A stretch of DNA of 64,000 nt from an uncultured virus (IMG/VR IMGVR_UViG_3300042314_001187). Lineage: Duplodnaviria; Heunggongvirae; Uroviricota; Caudoviricetes. The translations under genes were made by a program, and so were the position numbers. The stretch covers positions 62,001 through 126,000 of IMG/VR virus record IMGVR_UViG_3300042314_001187; one strand, written 5' to 3'. The notes under the pieces were generated by a model. The model ran no database searches. It was not told where the DNA came from and saw nothing but the letters and a program-made list of their open reading frames with translations. Shown here piece after piece: positions 19,903-29,700 of the stretch (position 1 is the first letter of the stretch; every line of letters starts with the position of its first letter).

Positions 19903-20598
19903 TTATTTATAAACGATTATTTCTACAGGTGTGTTATTTAGGTTATTTGATACAAGACCTGAACCTGGGTCTAAAATATACATAACACCAGCTAATATTT
20001 GTCTATCAATAGTTGTTAATATGTTAGGTATTGTTGGTGAAAAATCATAAGGTATTGTTGGTTGAGCATTTATGAAACTCCTATCAGGTAAAAAACCACC
20101 TGTTGGTAAGTCCGGATAAAAAACAACCACACCGTTTAACACACCAAATCCCGGATATTCCACAATAACATCAAAACCTAATGTGTTTTCTAAAACATTA
20201 ACAATCATATCACCTTGTGATGTGATTTGAGAACTAACCCAAGTCGTTGGGAAAAAATAATCAGTATAGGTTGAACCTGTAACTTTAAATACACAACCTG
20301 TTGTGTTGATAACTCCTGACAACACTTGTGCGATATTTGAAAAATTATCACCTGATGTGTAAGAATTTATAGTATAAATCTCGTTTAATACTAAACCACC
20401 ATATAAATTGGGGTCAGTACTTCCTGTAAATGTTTGAGGACCTGTTTGTGTTAATAACGCTCTCCATTTTGTTATTGGTTGTAAATTATTTTGTGTTGAT
20501 TTATAAGTCTCACCTAAATAGTATACAGGTATATAAGTACCGGCACTATAACTTTCTAATAAAGGTAATTCGTTAATTGTTTTCCCTGTTAAACTCAT
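19903..20598 (-). CDS. Hypothetical virion-associated protein
   Basis: N-terminal GKTINELP motif common in phage fibre/structural proteins; TATTTAT upstream. Confidence 0.55.
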   Translation of the reverse strand: MSLTGKTINELPLLESYSAGTYIPVYYLGETYKSTQNNLQPITKWRALLTQTGPQTFTGSTDPNLYGGLVLNEIYTINSYTSGDNFSNIAQVLSGVINTTGCVFKVTGSTYTDYFFPTTWVSSQITSQGDMIVNVLENTLGFDVIVEYPGFGVLNGVVVFYPDLPTGGFLPDRSFINAQPTIPYDFSPTIPNILTTIDRQILAGVMYILDPGSGLVSNNLNNTPVEIIVYK

Positions 20599-20634
20599 TT
20601 GTTCTATTTTTTTATATAAATATTATTTTAATTT

Positions 20635-21276
20635 TTAAAATGTTAAATATTGATTTTCACCAACCTCAAAATAAGTGTCAGGGTCTATTAAAACCGGATT
20701 ATCAAATACTTGTTGAGTTGGTGTTGATGAAGGTGTTGGTGTTGGTGTAGGTGTTCTTGTTGGTGTTGTTGTTGGTGTTACACTAATTGTTGGTGTTGGT
20801 GTTGTTTGAGGACCACAACTAGGACAAGGTGTTGTTGTTGTTGTTGTAACATAAGGACCATTAACACAACAAGGGAATTCAGACACATAACAACTTTCGT
20901 ATGTTAAATCGTTAGCAATAAATGATTCCTGAACGTAAACATTTAGTTTTTCACGTATTGGTAATATTAAAACACCCTCATCACTTCTTAATAGAAATTG
21001 ACCTTCATATTTACCAACACGGTTAGTGTCAGTTGAAGTTAACTGATAGTATATATAATATTCAGGTTCCGCATTAGGGTCTATAAATGTTTTCTCAACA
21101 AATCCTCCTGGTTTAGAACTTATTTTAGGTATTCCCGTATCAACATCCACCATAGAAAAAAAGATTGCCGATAATTCTATTGTTTTCATAAAATTATCAA
21201 AATCACTTCTTCCGTTATTAACGACTTGTAACTTTAATAAAGGTAATGTTGCATTTTTTTTTATAAAAAAATCCAT
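20635..21276 (-). CDS. BppU-N-like Ig-fold structural protein with a Cys/Thr-Pro tail
   Basis: FFIKKNATLP.L.L...YYQ....DT...GKYEGQF...P; then CC, TTTTTTPCPSC and TPT repeats. Confidence 0.55.
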   Translation of the reverse strand: MDFFIKKNATLPLLKLQVVNNGRSDFDNFMKTIELSAIFFSMVDVDTGIPKISSKPGGFVEKTFIDPNAEPEYYIYYQLTSTDTNRVGKYEGQFLLRSDEGVLILPIREKLNVYVQESFIANDLTYESCYVSEFPCCVNGPYVTTTTTTPCPSCGPQTTPTPTISVTPTTTPTRTPTPTPTPSSTPTQQVFDNPVLIDPDTYFEVGENQYLTF

Positions 21277-21316
21277 CTACTATTTTTAATTATAAATAGT
21301 TTGATATTAAAAAAAC

Positions 21317-21340
21317 AAAAGAGGTATTACTACCTCTTTT
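21317..21340 (-). terminator. Intrinsic terminator ending the glycosyltransferase operon
   Basis: AAAAGAGGTA-TTAC-TACCTCTTTT plus an A-run at the 21339 stop. Confidence 0.75.
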
Positions 21341-23054
21341 AACTTTCTTTTCTTAAATCTCTACTGTAATGGTCGAATCTGTTATGTTCGGTTGGTGTTA
21401 ATAACAACAAACCAAAATTTAAATTACCTTTCTTTAGCTCCTGATACATAAAACTCATCCAAGTTTGTTCATATGGGTGAGCCCAAGTTGTATTTAAAAA
21501 CATTTTTTTACTTCCTGATTTTGAGACTAATTGAGGCCAATTACAATAATAAATGTCACCTGTAACATATGGTACACCATCTAATGATTTAACATTTTCA
21601 TACCTCACTTTAGGAGCGTTAGGGTCAGTACCTTGTTCTGGTAACTTAGGGTATTCAGGCCAATACTCATCTCTAACAACTTGAGGTACATTATACCAAG
21701 ACCATTGAACTGAATTATCTCCAAAAAACTCACTGAAATTTAATTTTAAAAAATCAAAATTTTCGTTCTTAGATATTTTAATTGATTTCTCATATAGGTT
21801 ATCAACCATACGATTAAACCCGTTTCTACACACTTCACCTTTTTTAGGGTAGAAGAACATATCATCTTCAAAAAAGAACATATATTCTAAATCAGATTTT
21901 TCAAAATGTTCGGCAATCCATTGTCTACCACCACAGATTCCTAAATTATCTTTTTTAATGTGTTCAAAACCATATTTAGAACACAACTCACTATAAATAG
22001 GTGTTGTTGTTAAATCAGTTGAGTTATCTAATAATATTTTTCTTGGTTTGTCAATAAAATCTTTATCATACTCTAACATAGAATCAATTAATGTTTGTAA
22101 TTGATTTGGACTATTAAATCCGATAACGTATAAACCAACCTTATCATTAACTACAGTTTGATATGTAATTGGTGATATTGAAGGTGTTACACTATTTGAT
22201 AAGTTAGAAATTACTTGAACTGTTTGTTTTAATTCTAAATTATCATTCTTTAGATTTTCAAAAAACGTACCTATTAAACCATTTTTTTCAATTTCAAAAA
22301 AGCTTGTTAATTCAGGGTGTTTATACAATAGAATTGAAAATAAACTTTCTTCAGTACCCATCAAATCATTATTTAATGTTTCATTTAATAATGAATAATA
22401 AACACCATTGATATTTGATATTGTGTCTTTATGACCACCGAAAAAACCACCTCTACCAACTATCTCAACTTTGTTCCCTGCGTATTTGTTAATTTCAGAA
22501 TAATTAAATCCGTGAATTTCTGTTTCAGCGTCATACGGAAACGCAACAAATGTGAATTTTTTTAAATACTTAGGTAATTTTTCTAATACTTTATCGTGAG
22601 TAAAATATCCAGGATGAACTGTATTAGTGATACCGGCATCTAACCAAAATAAATAATCAGAATTAAATTTATCCATAATTCTGGCGTCATTAAGTAAAAA
22701 CATTTTACTCATCACCAATGGATTATATAACTCTAATTTGGATTGTGTAGAATCTTTTAACCAACTTACTTGATTAGACCACTCAGGGTTATTTCTTATT
22801 TTTTGTATTTTATCGTAATAATCATTGTTTTTAAACCAATCTGTGTTACGTAAAATAAATTGAGTGTTACTATTTTCTCTGTTTTTATTGACAAACTGTT
22901 GAAGGTTCTCATCACCAAAAATGATTAAGTTAACATCAATCTTTAATAAATCAGATAGTTTATCTAAATAATGTTTATAGTTACGAGACCAATCATTATT
23001 TAAATGTTCTCTACCAATATCCCATAAACCTGTAACGATTGTTAGTTTTTCCAT
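21339..23054 (-). CDS. HtrL/WlaTC-family glycosyltransferase fused to a GT-A domain
   Basis: TIVTGLWDIGR, YN..VMSKMF, FWLDAG, GGFFGG, MGTEE; second domain LLDNS, NLGICGGRQ, FFEDD. Confidence 0.75.
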   Translation of the reverse strand: MEKLTIVTGLWDIGREHLNNDWSRNYKHYLDKLSDLLKIDVNLIIFGDENLQQFVNKNRENSNTQFILRNTDWFKNNDYYDKIQKIRNNPEWSNQVSWLKDSTQSKLELYNPLVMSKMFLLNDARIMDKFNSDYLFWLDAGITNTVHPGYFTHDKVLEKLPKYLKKFTFVAFPYDAETEIHGFNYSEINKYAGNKVEIVGRGGFFGGHKDTISNINGVYYSLLNETLNNDLMGTEESLFSILLYKHPELTSFFEIEKNGLIGTFFENLKNDNLELKQTVQVISNLSNSVTPSISPITYQTVVNDKVGLYVIGFNSPNQLQTLIDSMLEYDKDFIDKPRKILLDNSTDLTTTPIYSELCSKYGFEHIKKDNLGICGGRQWIAEHFEKSDLEYMFFFEDDMFFYPKKGEVCRNGFNRMVDNLYEKSIKISKNENFDFLKLNFSEFFGDNSVQWSWYNVPQVVRDEYWPEYPKLPEQGTDPNAPKVRYENVKSLDGVPYVTGDIYYCNWPQLVSKSGSKKMFLNTTWAHPYEQTWMSFMYQELKKGNLNFGLLLLTPTEHNRFDHYSRDLRKES

Positions 23055-23055
23055 A

Positions 23056-23940
23056 TTAATTTAATTCTTCTAAAATTTTATAAAAACTTTTATTAATTTT
23101 TAAGTGTTCATCCATCACAAGACCGGCAATTCTTTCATCTTCATGCCACCAAGTGTCAAACTCATAACTTAAAAATAAGTCAGGATGATTTCTAAACATT
23201 AATGTCATAATATCTTCTTCGTGATATAGGTAATTATCCGATTCGGTTACCTCATTAACATACTTTTCAAATAATTCTAACACATTAACCCATAACTCTT
23301 TTTTACCACCAAAAAAACCACCAATTACGTGTCTACTTCTATCATAACCATTAATAAAATGTTTTGGGTTAACAGTACCCGACCAATAATTCCTGTCGTT
23401 TTCTTTACTAACAATAGTGAATTTATCTTCACTTTTAGATATTAAATTACTTAAAAAGTTATTATTAAACAAATCACTTGAATAATATTGACTATTATGA
23501 ATTCCTGTTTTTGATAAATGTTTATTAGGTATTAATCCACAATGAGATAAACCGGCATCAAACCAAAAATAATGGTCATATGACATGTCCTCGTTTTTAA
23601 ACCATATAAATTTCATATATTGGATTTCGATACATCTATCACTACCATTTTTATCACACGCATCATAGTTTTTGTATTTTTTAAATAATTCTAAAAAATA
23701 ATGATTTTCTAAATCGTATGTTACTAATTTTAATTTATCCCTATCTACGTTGTTTTCAACATAGAAAAAAGTTTCTAATCCTTCAATTTCTCGTTCCGAC
23801 GTGTAACAAATGAAATCGGCATCAGACATTTTTAATAATGATAATAAACTCCATCTATAATGGCCACCTCTACTTGGTCTACCACCAAATTTAGTTCTAA
23901 ATAAATCACTATAAATTGATGTTATAATTTTAACTGACAT
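23056..23940 (-). CDS. HtrL/WlaTC-family glycosyltransferase
   Basis: YFWFDAG, IGGFFGG, HEEDIM; paralogous to the N-domain of 21339..23054. Confidence 0.7.
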   Translation of the reverse strand: MSVKIITSIYSDLFRTKFGGRPSRGGHYRWSLLSLLKMSDADFICYTSEREIEGLETFFYVENNVDRDKLKLVTYDLENHYFLELFKKYKNYDACDKNGSDRCIEIQYMKFIWFKNEDMSYDHYFWFDAGLSHCGLIPNKHLSKTGIHNSQYYSSDLFNNNFLSNLISKSEDKFTIVSKENDRNYWSGTVNPKHFINGYDRSRHVIGGFFGGKKELWVNVLELFEKYVNEVTESDNYLYHEEDIMTLMFRNHPDLFLSYEFDTWWHEDERIAGLVMDEHLKINKSFYKILEELN

Positions 23941-24664
23941 AATTAAATTCTTTATGTATATTATTCTTTTTTATTTGTTGATTAGATTCGTAATTTAAAA
24001 ATTCTGAATCTATTTTATATGGGGAATATAAGTTCCAATTGTATGTTTGTAGATAAAAATTACTATAATTACCTTGGGTAACATCTGAGAAATCACTTTT
24101 TTGAGGGGCTATTGGTAATATTGGGCAATAACTTTGTTTGATTGGTAATACTTTAAGATAAATATACTCATCAATTGGGTAATAACCATGTAAATTTTCA
24201 GTTATAATTCCCTTAACATTCTCATATATTGATTTATGATATACAATCATATTTGTCGCATAAACACCCCTATGTATTTCTTCTTTTGGTGGATAATTAG
24301 TAATATCTATTAACATTTTATCTTTCACACTAATTTCAACAGGTCGATTATGTGTTGGGGATAAATTTAGAATCCCAAATTCGGTATTTTCTAAAACAAC
24401 ATTTAATTGTTTTATAAATGATTTAGCGTTAGGTAAAAATGAGCAATCATCTTCAATTACCATAACGTATTCATAATCTCTTTCAATCGCTAAATCAATA
24501 ATGGCAACATGAGATAATGTACATCCTACATGACACCCTGTGTCAATCGCTTTAAATAATTCATAGTCCCACCCAATGTACGACATTTCCTGTTTAATAT
24601 GTTCTAATCTATCGGTTCTTTTTTCTAAGTTTAGGACAAATTTTGGTATTTCATTTAAGTTCAT
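23930..24664 (-). CDS. GT25-like glycosyltransferase (beta-galactosyltransferase family)
   Basis: VLNLEKRTDR, F.AID, GCTLSH, VIEDD, PID. Confidence 0.85.
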   Translation of the reverse strand: MNLNEIPKFVLNLEKRTDRLEHIKQEMSYIGWDYELFKAIDTGCHVGCTLSHVAIIDLAIERDYEYVMVIEDDCSFLPNAKSFIKQLNVVLENTEFGILNLSPTHNRPVEISVKDKMLIDITNYPPKEEIHRGVYATNMIVYHKSIYENVKGIITENLHGYYPIDEYIYLKVLPIKQSYCPILPIAPQKSDFSDVTQGNYSNFYLQTYNWNLYSPYKIDSEFLNYESNQQIKKNNIHKEFNYVS

Positions 24665-24677
24665 ATTATGTGTGTTT

Positions 24678-25457
24678 TTATATTATTAACCAATTATCAG
24701 GATAAAGGTCGTCTGTTATGTATGAACTATAAGACGGACCAAACCATTTACGGGGGGAGATAACGATATTTTCTTTTTTATTTAACCAAGCACCCCACCA
24801 ACTAAAACTACTATTAGCAATTACATTGTTATCACAAAATGACATTAAGTATAATTCTTCATAATCTTCTAAACCTTCAATATAAATTTTATTTTTAATG
24901 AAGTCAAAGTTGGTTTTACAAAATTCAATATCATCTGAAAATATAAGATATGTCGAATCCTCACCAATAATATTATAAGATTCTTCATAAAAATCAAAAG
25001 ATAAAACAGGGTGGTAATTATTTAAATGAAGATAATCACCTCTTCGAATATGAACTGAACAAGTTTTAGTTTTTAAAATATCATTATATTTAATTAACAA
25101 TTTTTCTTTAATTTCGTTATTACACTCGAAAATCTCTAATATTTTTTCTCGGTTTTTCTTAAAATATTTATCACTTTGGAAATATCCTGATAATTTAATG
25201 TTTCTATCAAAATTAGGTAATTCACAATAATGAAAATGTGGAACATTATATACATCATAATGTATTTTGTTATATGATAATTTTATTCTTTGGAAGATAT
25301 TGTTAACATATTTGGATATCGGGTGATGATTATTATAAAGTTCCGTAATATCAACAATAAAATCAGAATTTTCATCTAATGATTTTGAATATCCTGTTGC
25401 TATTTGAAACATTGTGTTACCTAGACCTCCAAATATTTTTGATGCTATAACATTCAC
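24678..25457 (-). CDS. GT11 alpha-1,2-fucosyltransferase-like protein
   Basis: GGLGNTMFQ, GYFQS.KYF, SVHIRRGDY, FSDD, IANSSFSWWGAWL. Confidence 0.92.
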   Translation of the reverse strand: MNVIASKIFGGLGNTMFQIATGYSKSLDENSDFIVDITELYNNHHPISKYVNNIFQRIKLSYNKIHYDVYNVPHFHYCELPNFDRNIKLSGYFQSDKYFKKNREKILEIFECNNEIKEKLLIKYNDILKTKTCSVHIRRGDYLHLNNYHPVLSFDFYEESYNIIGEDSTYLIFSDDIEFCKTNFDFIKNKIYIEGLEDYEELYLMSFCDNNVIANSSFSWWGAWLNKKENIVISPRKWFGPSYSSYITDDLYPDNWLII

Positions 25458-25471
25458 TTTATTTAATATTT

Positions 25472-26719
25472 TTATAAACTACCTGTTAATCTATCACCCC
25501 ATCCTTTAGATGTCGAGTACGGCCAAACAACCCAATACTTTGGTTTATGTGTTGTTTGAAATTCTCTCCATACTTTACAATATCCGTCAGGGTCATTTTT
25601 CATACGATTAATTTCGTTAATATCAGCATCTTGTCTATGAATTGTTTCATCATTTTCATCGTGGAAAGCAACTACCCAAAATTCATAATCTGTTTCAGGT
25701 ACTGAGTCATAACCAACATCAATACAATGTTTAAATATTGTAGCAAAACTATCTTCCCATTCCTCTTCGGTTTCAAATATAAATGGATTTGGTGGGTAGT
25801 TTTTATCTAACGTGTATTGTTGAACCGCACGTCTTGAAAATCTTAAACCTGAGTAAATTTCATATTCTTTAAGTGTTCTCTCAGTACCAAAACCGTAAAT
25901 ACCAAAATCAACATCAGATAATTCGCCATCCATACCAAACAATTTTCTGTTTTTACTATGTGACACATTATTTCTCATTACCCATTCTTTATCATCATCC
26001 CATTGTTTTGTTCTACCTTTTCTTGTGTATTCGTGCCAAATCAATGTTTTATGTGGGTGGAACAAATCATATCCGTGAGTATAAGCTCTAGCGGCGATTG
26101 AAATCTCTTCTCCGTGAAAATAAAATTCAGGGTCGTGTTGTACCTCAGTACTAAATTGACCTACAGTAAAGGCAAAGTGAGCTGAGTAAAATCTTGATGT
26201 TACAGGTTCTTTTAATTGTTCCCAACCTGGTATTGTTTCAGGTAAAAAGAATACCGCACCTTCGGGGATAAAACGGTCAAACACCATTCTCCAAGGTTCT
26301 TTAATTCTTTCAGCCGGGTCATTTTCAGGGTTAAATGATGATACATACCCCGTTAATAAAGGTTTTTTAAATCCTTTTTTCTGTAATTGTTTAACCATTT
26401 TAATAAATTCATCATCCCAATTTTTTTCAAATCTCATATGTGAATCTATCTGAAGTGTGTATTCCTCACCACCATATAATTGTTGTACTTGATTTCTAGC
26501 CCAACAAACACCTTTAGATTCGTTATATAAAACATCTAATATTCTAAATTTTTTATCTTTTCTAAATTCATTTAAGGTATCAAAACCATCTTCAGGGTGG
26601 TATTGTCTACAAACACCAATTCTAAGATTGTTAGGTTTTTTAGCATTCTCAATCATGCTTTTAATTGTGTTCTCCAATTCAGGGTCTCTATACGATGCAA
26701 TTTGCACAAAAATTTTCAT
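25472..26719 (-). CDS. GT60-like polypeptide alpha-N-acetylglucosaminyltransferase (Gnt1/Gnt2/OGNT family)
   Basis: IFVQIASYRDPE, GVCWAR, QIDSHMRF..NWD (DxH), YFHGEE, R.YTHGYD, H.Y, GTERTL..Y. Confidence 0.85.
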   Translation of the reverse strand: MKIFVQIASYRDPELENTIKSMIENAKKPNNLRIGVCRQYHPEDGFDTLNEFRKDKKFRILDVLYNESKGVCWARNQVQQLYGGEEYTLQIDSHMRFEKNWDDEFIKMVKQLQKKGFKKPLLTGYVSSFNPENDPAERIKEPWRMVFDRFIPEGAVFFLPETIPGWEQLKEPVTSRFYSAHFAFTVGQFSTEVQHDPEFYFHGEEISIAARAYTHGYDLFHPHKTLIWHEYTRKGRTKQWDDDKEWVMRNNVSHSKNRKLFGMDGELSDVDFGIYGFGTERTLKEYEIYSGLRFSRRAVQQYTLDKNYPPNPFIFETEEEWEDSFATIFKHCIDVGYDSVPETDYEFWVVAFHDENDETIHRQDADINEINRMKNDPDGYCKVWREFQTTHKPKYWVVWPYSTSKGWGDRLTGSL

Positions 26720-26771
26720 ACTTCATTTTTTTTTAAAAAATAAGTTTATTATTATATAAATAAAGATTTAA

Positions 26772-29700
26772 TTATAAACCAAATCTATCTTTTTGACTGT
26801 TAAAATTAGACAATACCTCATCGGAAGTTAACGCTCTATTATATATTCTAAATATTGACATATAACCTTGATAGTGGAAGTTAGAATTGTCACCTGTAAA
26901 ACAACCAATATCAAGTGGTAAGTTATAGTCTTGTATTAATAATGACAAGTTTAAATCATATCCTGAATCAACACCGTTAATATATGTGTAGAAACCTGTT
27001 GATGTCCATACACCAACAACTTGATTCCATTGGTTTAATGTTGTTGTTCCTGTACTTGTGTATGTGCCAAAACCAATTCCAGGTGCATTTGCTCCCAACA
27101 TCCATAAGTGACCTGTTGGGTCAATTCTCATTCTTATCCCATCATTACTACCTTTACTGAAAATTTCTCGATTGGCAAATAATGTTGGTTTCAACCAAAC
27201 CTCAACTGATACTGTGTTAGTAATTGCTGATAATGTTGATGTGTTAGGAATTGCGAATTTTTGATTACTACCATTAAAACTAAAATTACCCATTTTATCT
27301 GATGAAAAAACCGTTGCGGCATTTGTTGGTACTAATGATTGGTAAAATGTTGAGTTATTATTATTATCCGTAATATCGTTCCACGCAGTTCCCAAACTAG
27401 GCCAAGATAAATCAGAACCAGCATCTAACCATACTACAAGACCCGACACTTCAATTGGGTATTGAGGTTCTGAACTAATCATAATATATGGTCCACTTGA
27501 TAAATCAACCCATTGATTAAATGGTCCACTGATTGGTTGTGTAGGCGATGAACTCTCTAAATAAGAATATAAAGTACCTGAACCTAACACAGATGAATTA
27601 TACCAATTTGTTGTTGGGGTATCATACCAAACATAAGAAACTGTTGAAGTATAATTATTATTAGGTACTTCATAATATCTTCTACCATTCCAAACACCAG
27701 GTGATTCTGACATTGTGAAGATATTATCTTCGGTAAATGAATCATACCATGTCCATCTCCAAGGATTGGGAATTGTAAATGAGGGGCAAGGTTCAAATCC
27801 ACATTGATATTGAATAAATGGCGGTACAGGTAGTACTGTTACCTGACTTTTTAAATTAAAATATATCACACCATTAGCTAAGCTAGAAACTGAATATGTG
27901 TAATATTGGTTATCACATCTTGATGTATAATCACCTGATAAATATCCGACACCCCATTTGATTCCTGGAAAATAGACATCAATAGTAACACCTACACCAA
28001 CTGTTATAGAATTTAAGACTGTGTATGTCGTACCGGTAGCGTCAACTACTGAAGATAAAGTAACCCAAGGTCCGTTATTAACACGATATACCATACTTGT
28101 TGAGGTAACTATGTCACAATTGGCGTATAAAGGTAAATCAGTTTGTGCTAATATTTGAACTGTAATTGAGTTACTACAGTTTTGACAATCAACAAATGTT
28201 GTAGAACCACTTTGATATAACATTGGTCCTATGTAAGGGCTATTTATCGGGTTTTCTTGTATTGTTCTATAACATAAACCATTATTATCTTTAACAACCG
28301 TATTGCTTGGTAATGATTCAGGTAATACCATAACATAACTATTGGCTAAACAACTTATTTGTAATGGTTCGGTTATTTGTTCAATTATTGGTTCTGTAAC
28401 AATGTTTTCGGTCTCACTTAAACTTAATGGACCTGATGGTAATGTATAATTTCTATATTTAAAAAATTGAAATGCTGGTAAATATAATCCTATTTTGGTA
28501 AAAACGGAATTTCCTAATAATAATGTGCTTTTTTTACTACTTGATATATTCCTAATTTGGTTCATAACAAGTAATAATTGGTTTATACTTTGTGCAACAC
28601 AACTAGTATTGTTAATGTCAGTCCAAGTATTAGTTGTTGGATTCCAAAAATAAGTTGATTGTGTTGCTCCTGTTGTTACAATTAAACGACCATTAACACT
28701 AGGTGTTGGTGCTAATGATATGTTGTTAATTGGTGGTAAATAAGTAAAACCTGTTATTGGTCCAAATATTGTTGATAGTGATGTTGTACAAAAAGTTGGT
28801 GTGGTCCAAGATTCATAATAATTTAACGGTCTATACCACTTATAATTAACTAATCTAAGTTTAGTTCTGGAAAATTTGGAACTATTACTACCAAAAAATT
28901 GGTAATAAGAAGTTAATGAGTTAACATCTGTAGTCCAACCATTATATCTATAATCTAAATTTTGAAGATACTTTTGTAAAAATTCATTTCTGTTAATGGC
29001 GATGTTCTCATCAACGTCAGTCCAATTACTATCACAATCAAAACATTCAAGGTCTGAGGTAGTAATCTGAAAGAAACTGTCATCTAAAAAGTTTATATCA
29101 ATATTTGGTATACTGACCATATATGATGGGTCATTACAGGTTGAAGGTAAAACACAATTTGACTCAGGATAAACACGATTTAAACTACAACAAGGTACAA
29201 CACAATATAATGAAGAACAAGATATTTCATAAACATAACCACTCATAGAACATAGACGAGGTACTGGTGTTTTTGTTGGTGTTTGAGTTAGCGTTTTTGT
29301 TGGTGTTTGTGTTCTTGTAGGTGTTTTTGTTACACTTGGTGTATTTGTTGCGGTTTTTGTCACACTTGGCGTTTGTGTAGGTGTTTTTGTCACACTTGGG
29401 GTTTGTGTTCTTGTAGGTGTTTTTGTTGGGGTTTGTGTTCTTGTCTGTGTTGGTGTTTGTGTCGGACAAGGATTTGTTTGTAAACAGATACCGCATTGTT
29501 CACCAATTGGGTCATAAGCGGGTTGTGCACCATTCCATATTTTATTTGCAACACCTGTCGTTGATTCAAAAATTTGATAACATTGTCCTAATGTATCTTT
29601 AACTACATAAGTAAAATACGGGAATTGACTTGGTGTGTAAATTGTTGGTAGTAACATTTTGTGAAGAGTTACCAAATCACAACAACTAATAACGTTGAAT

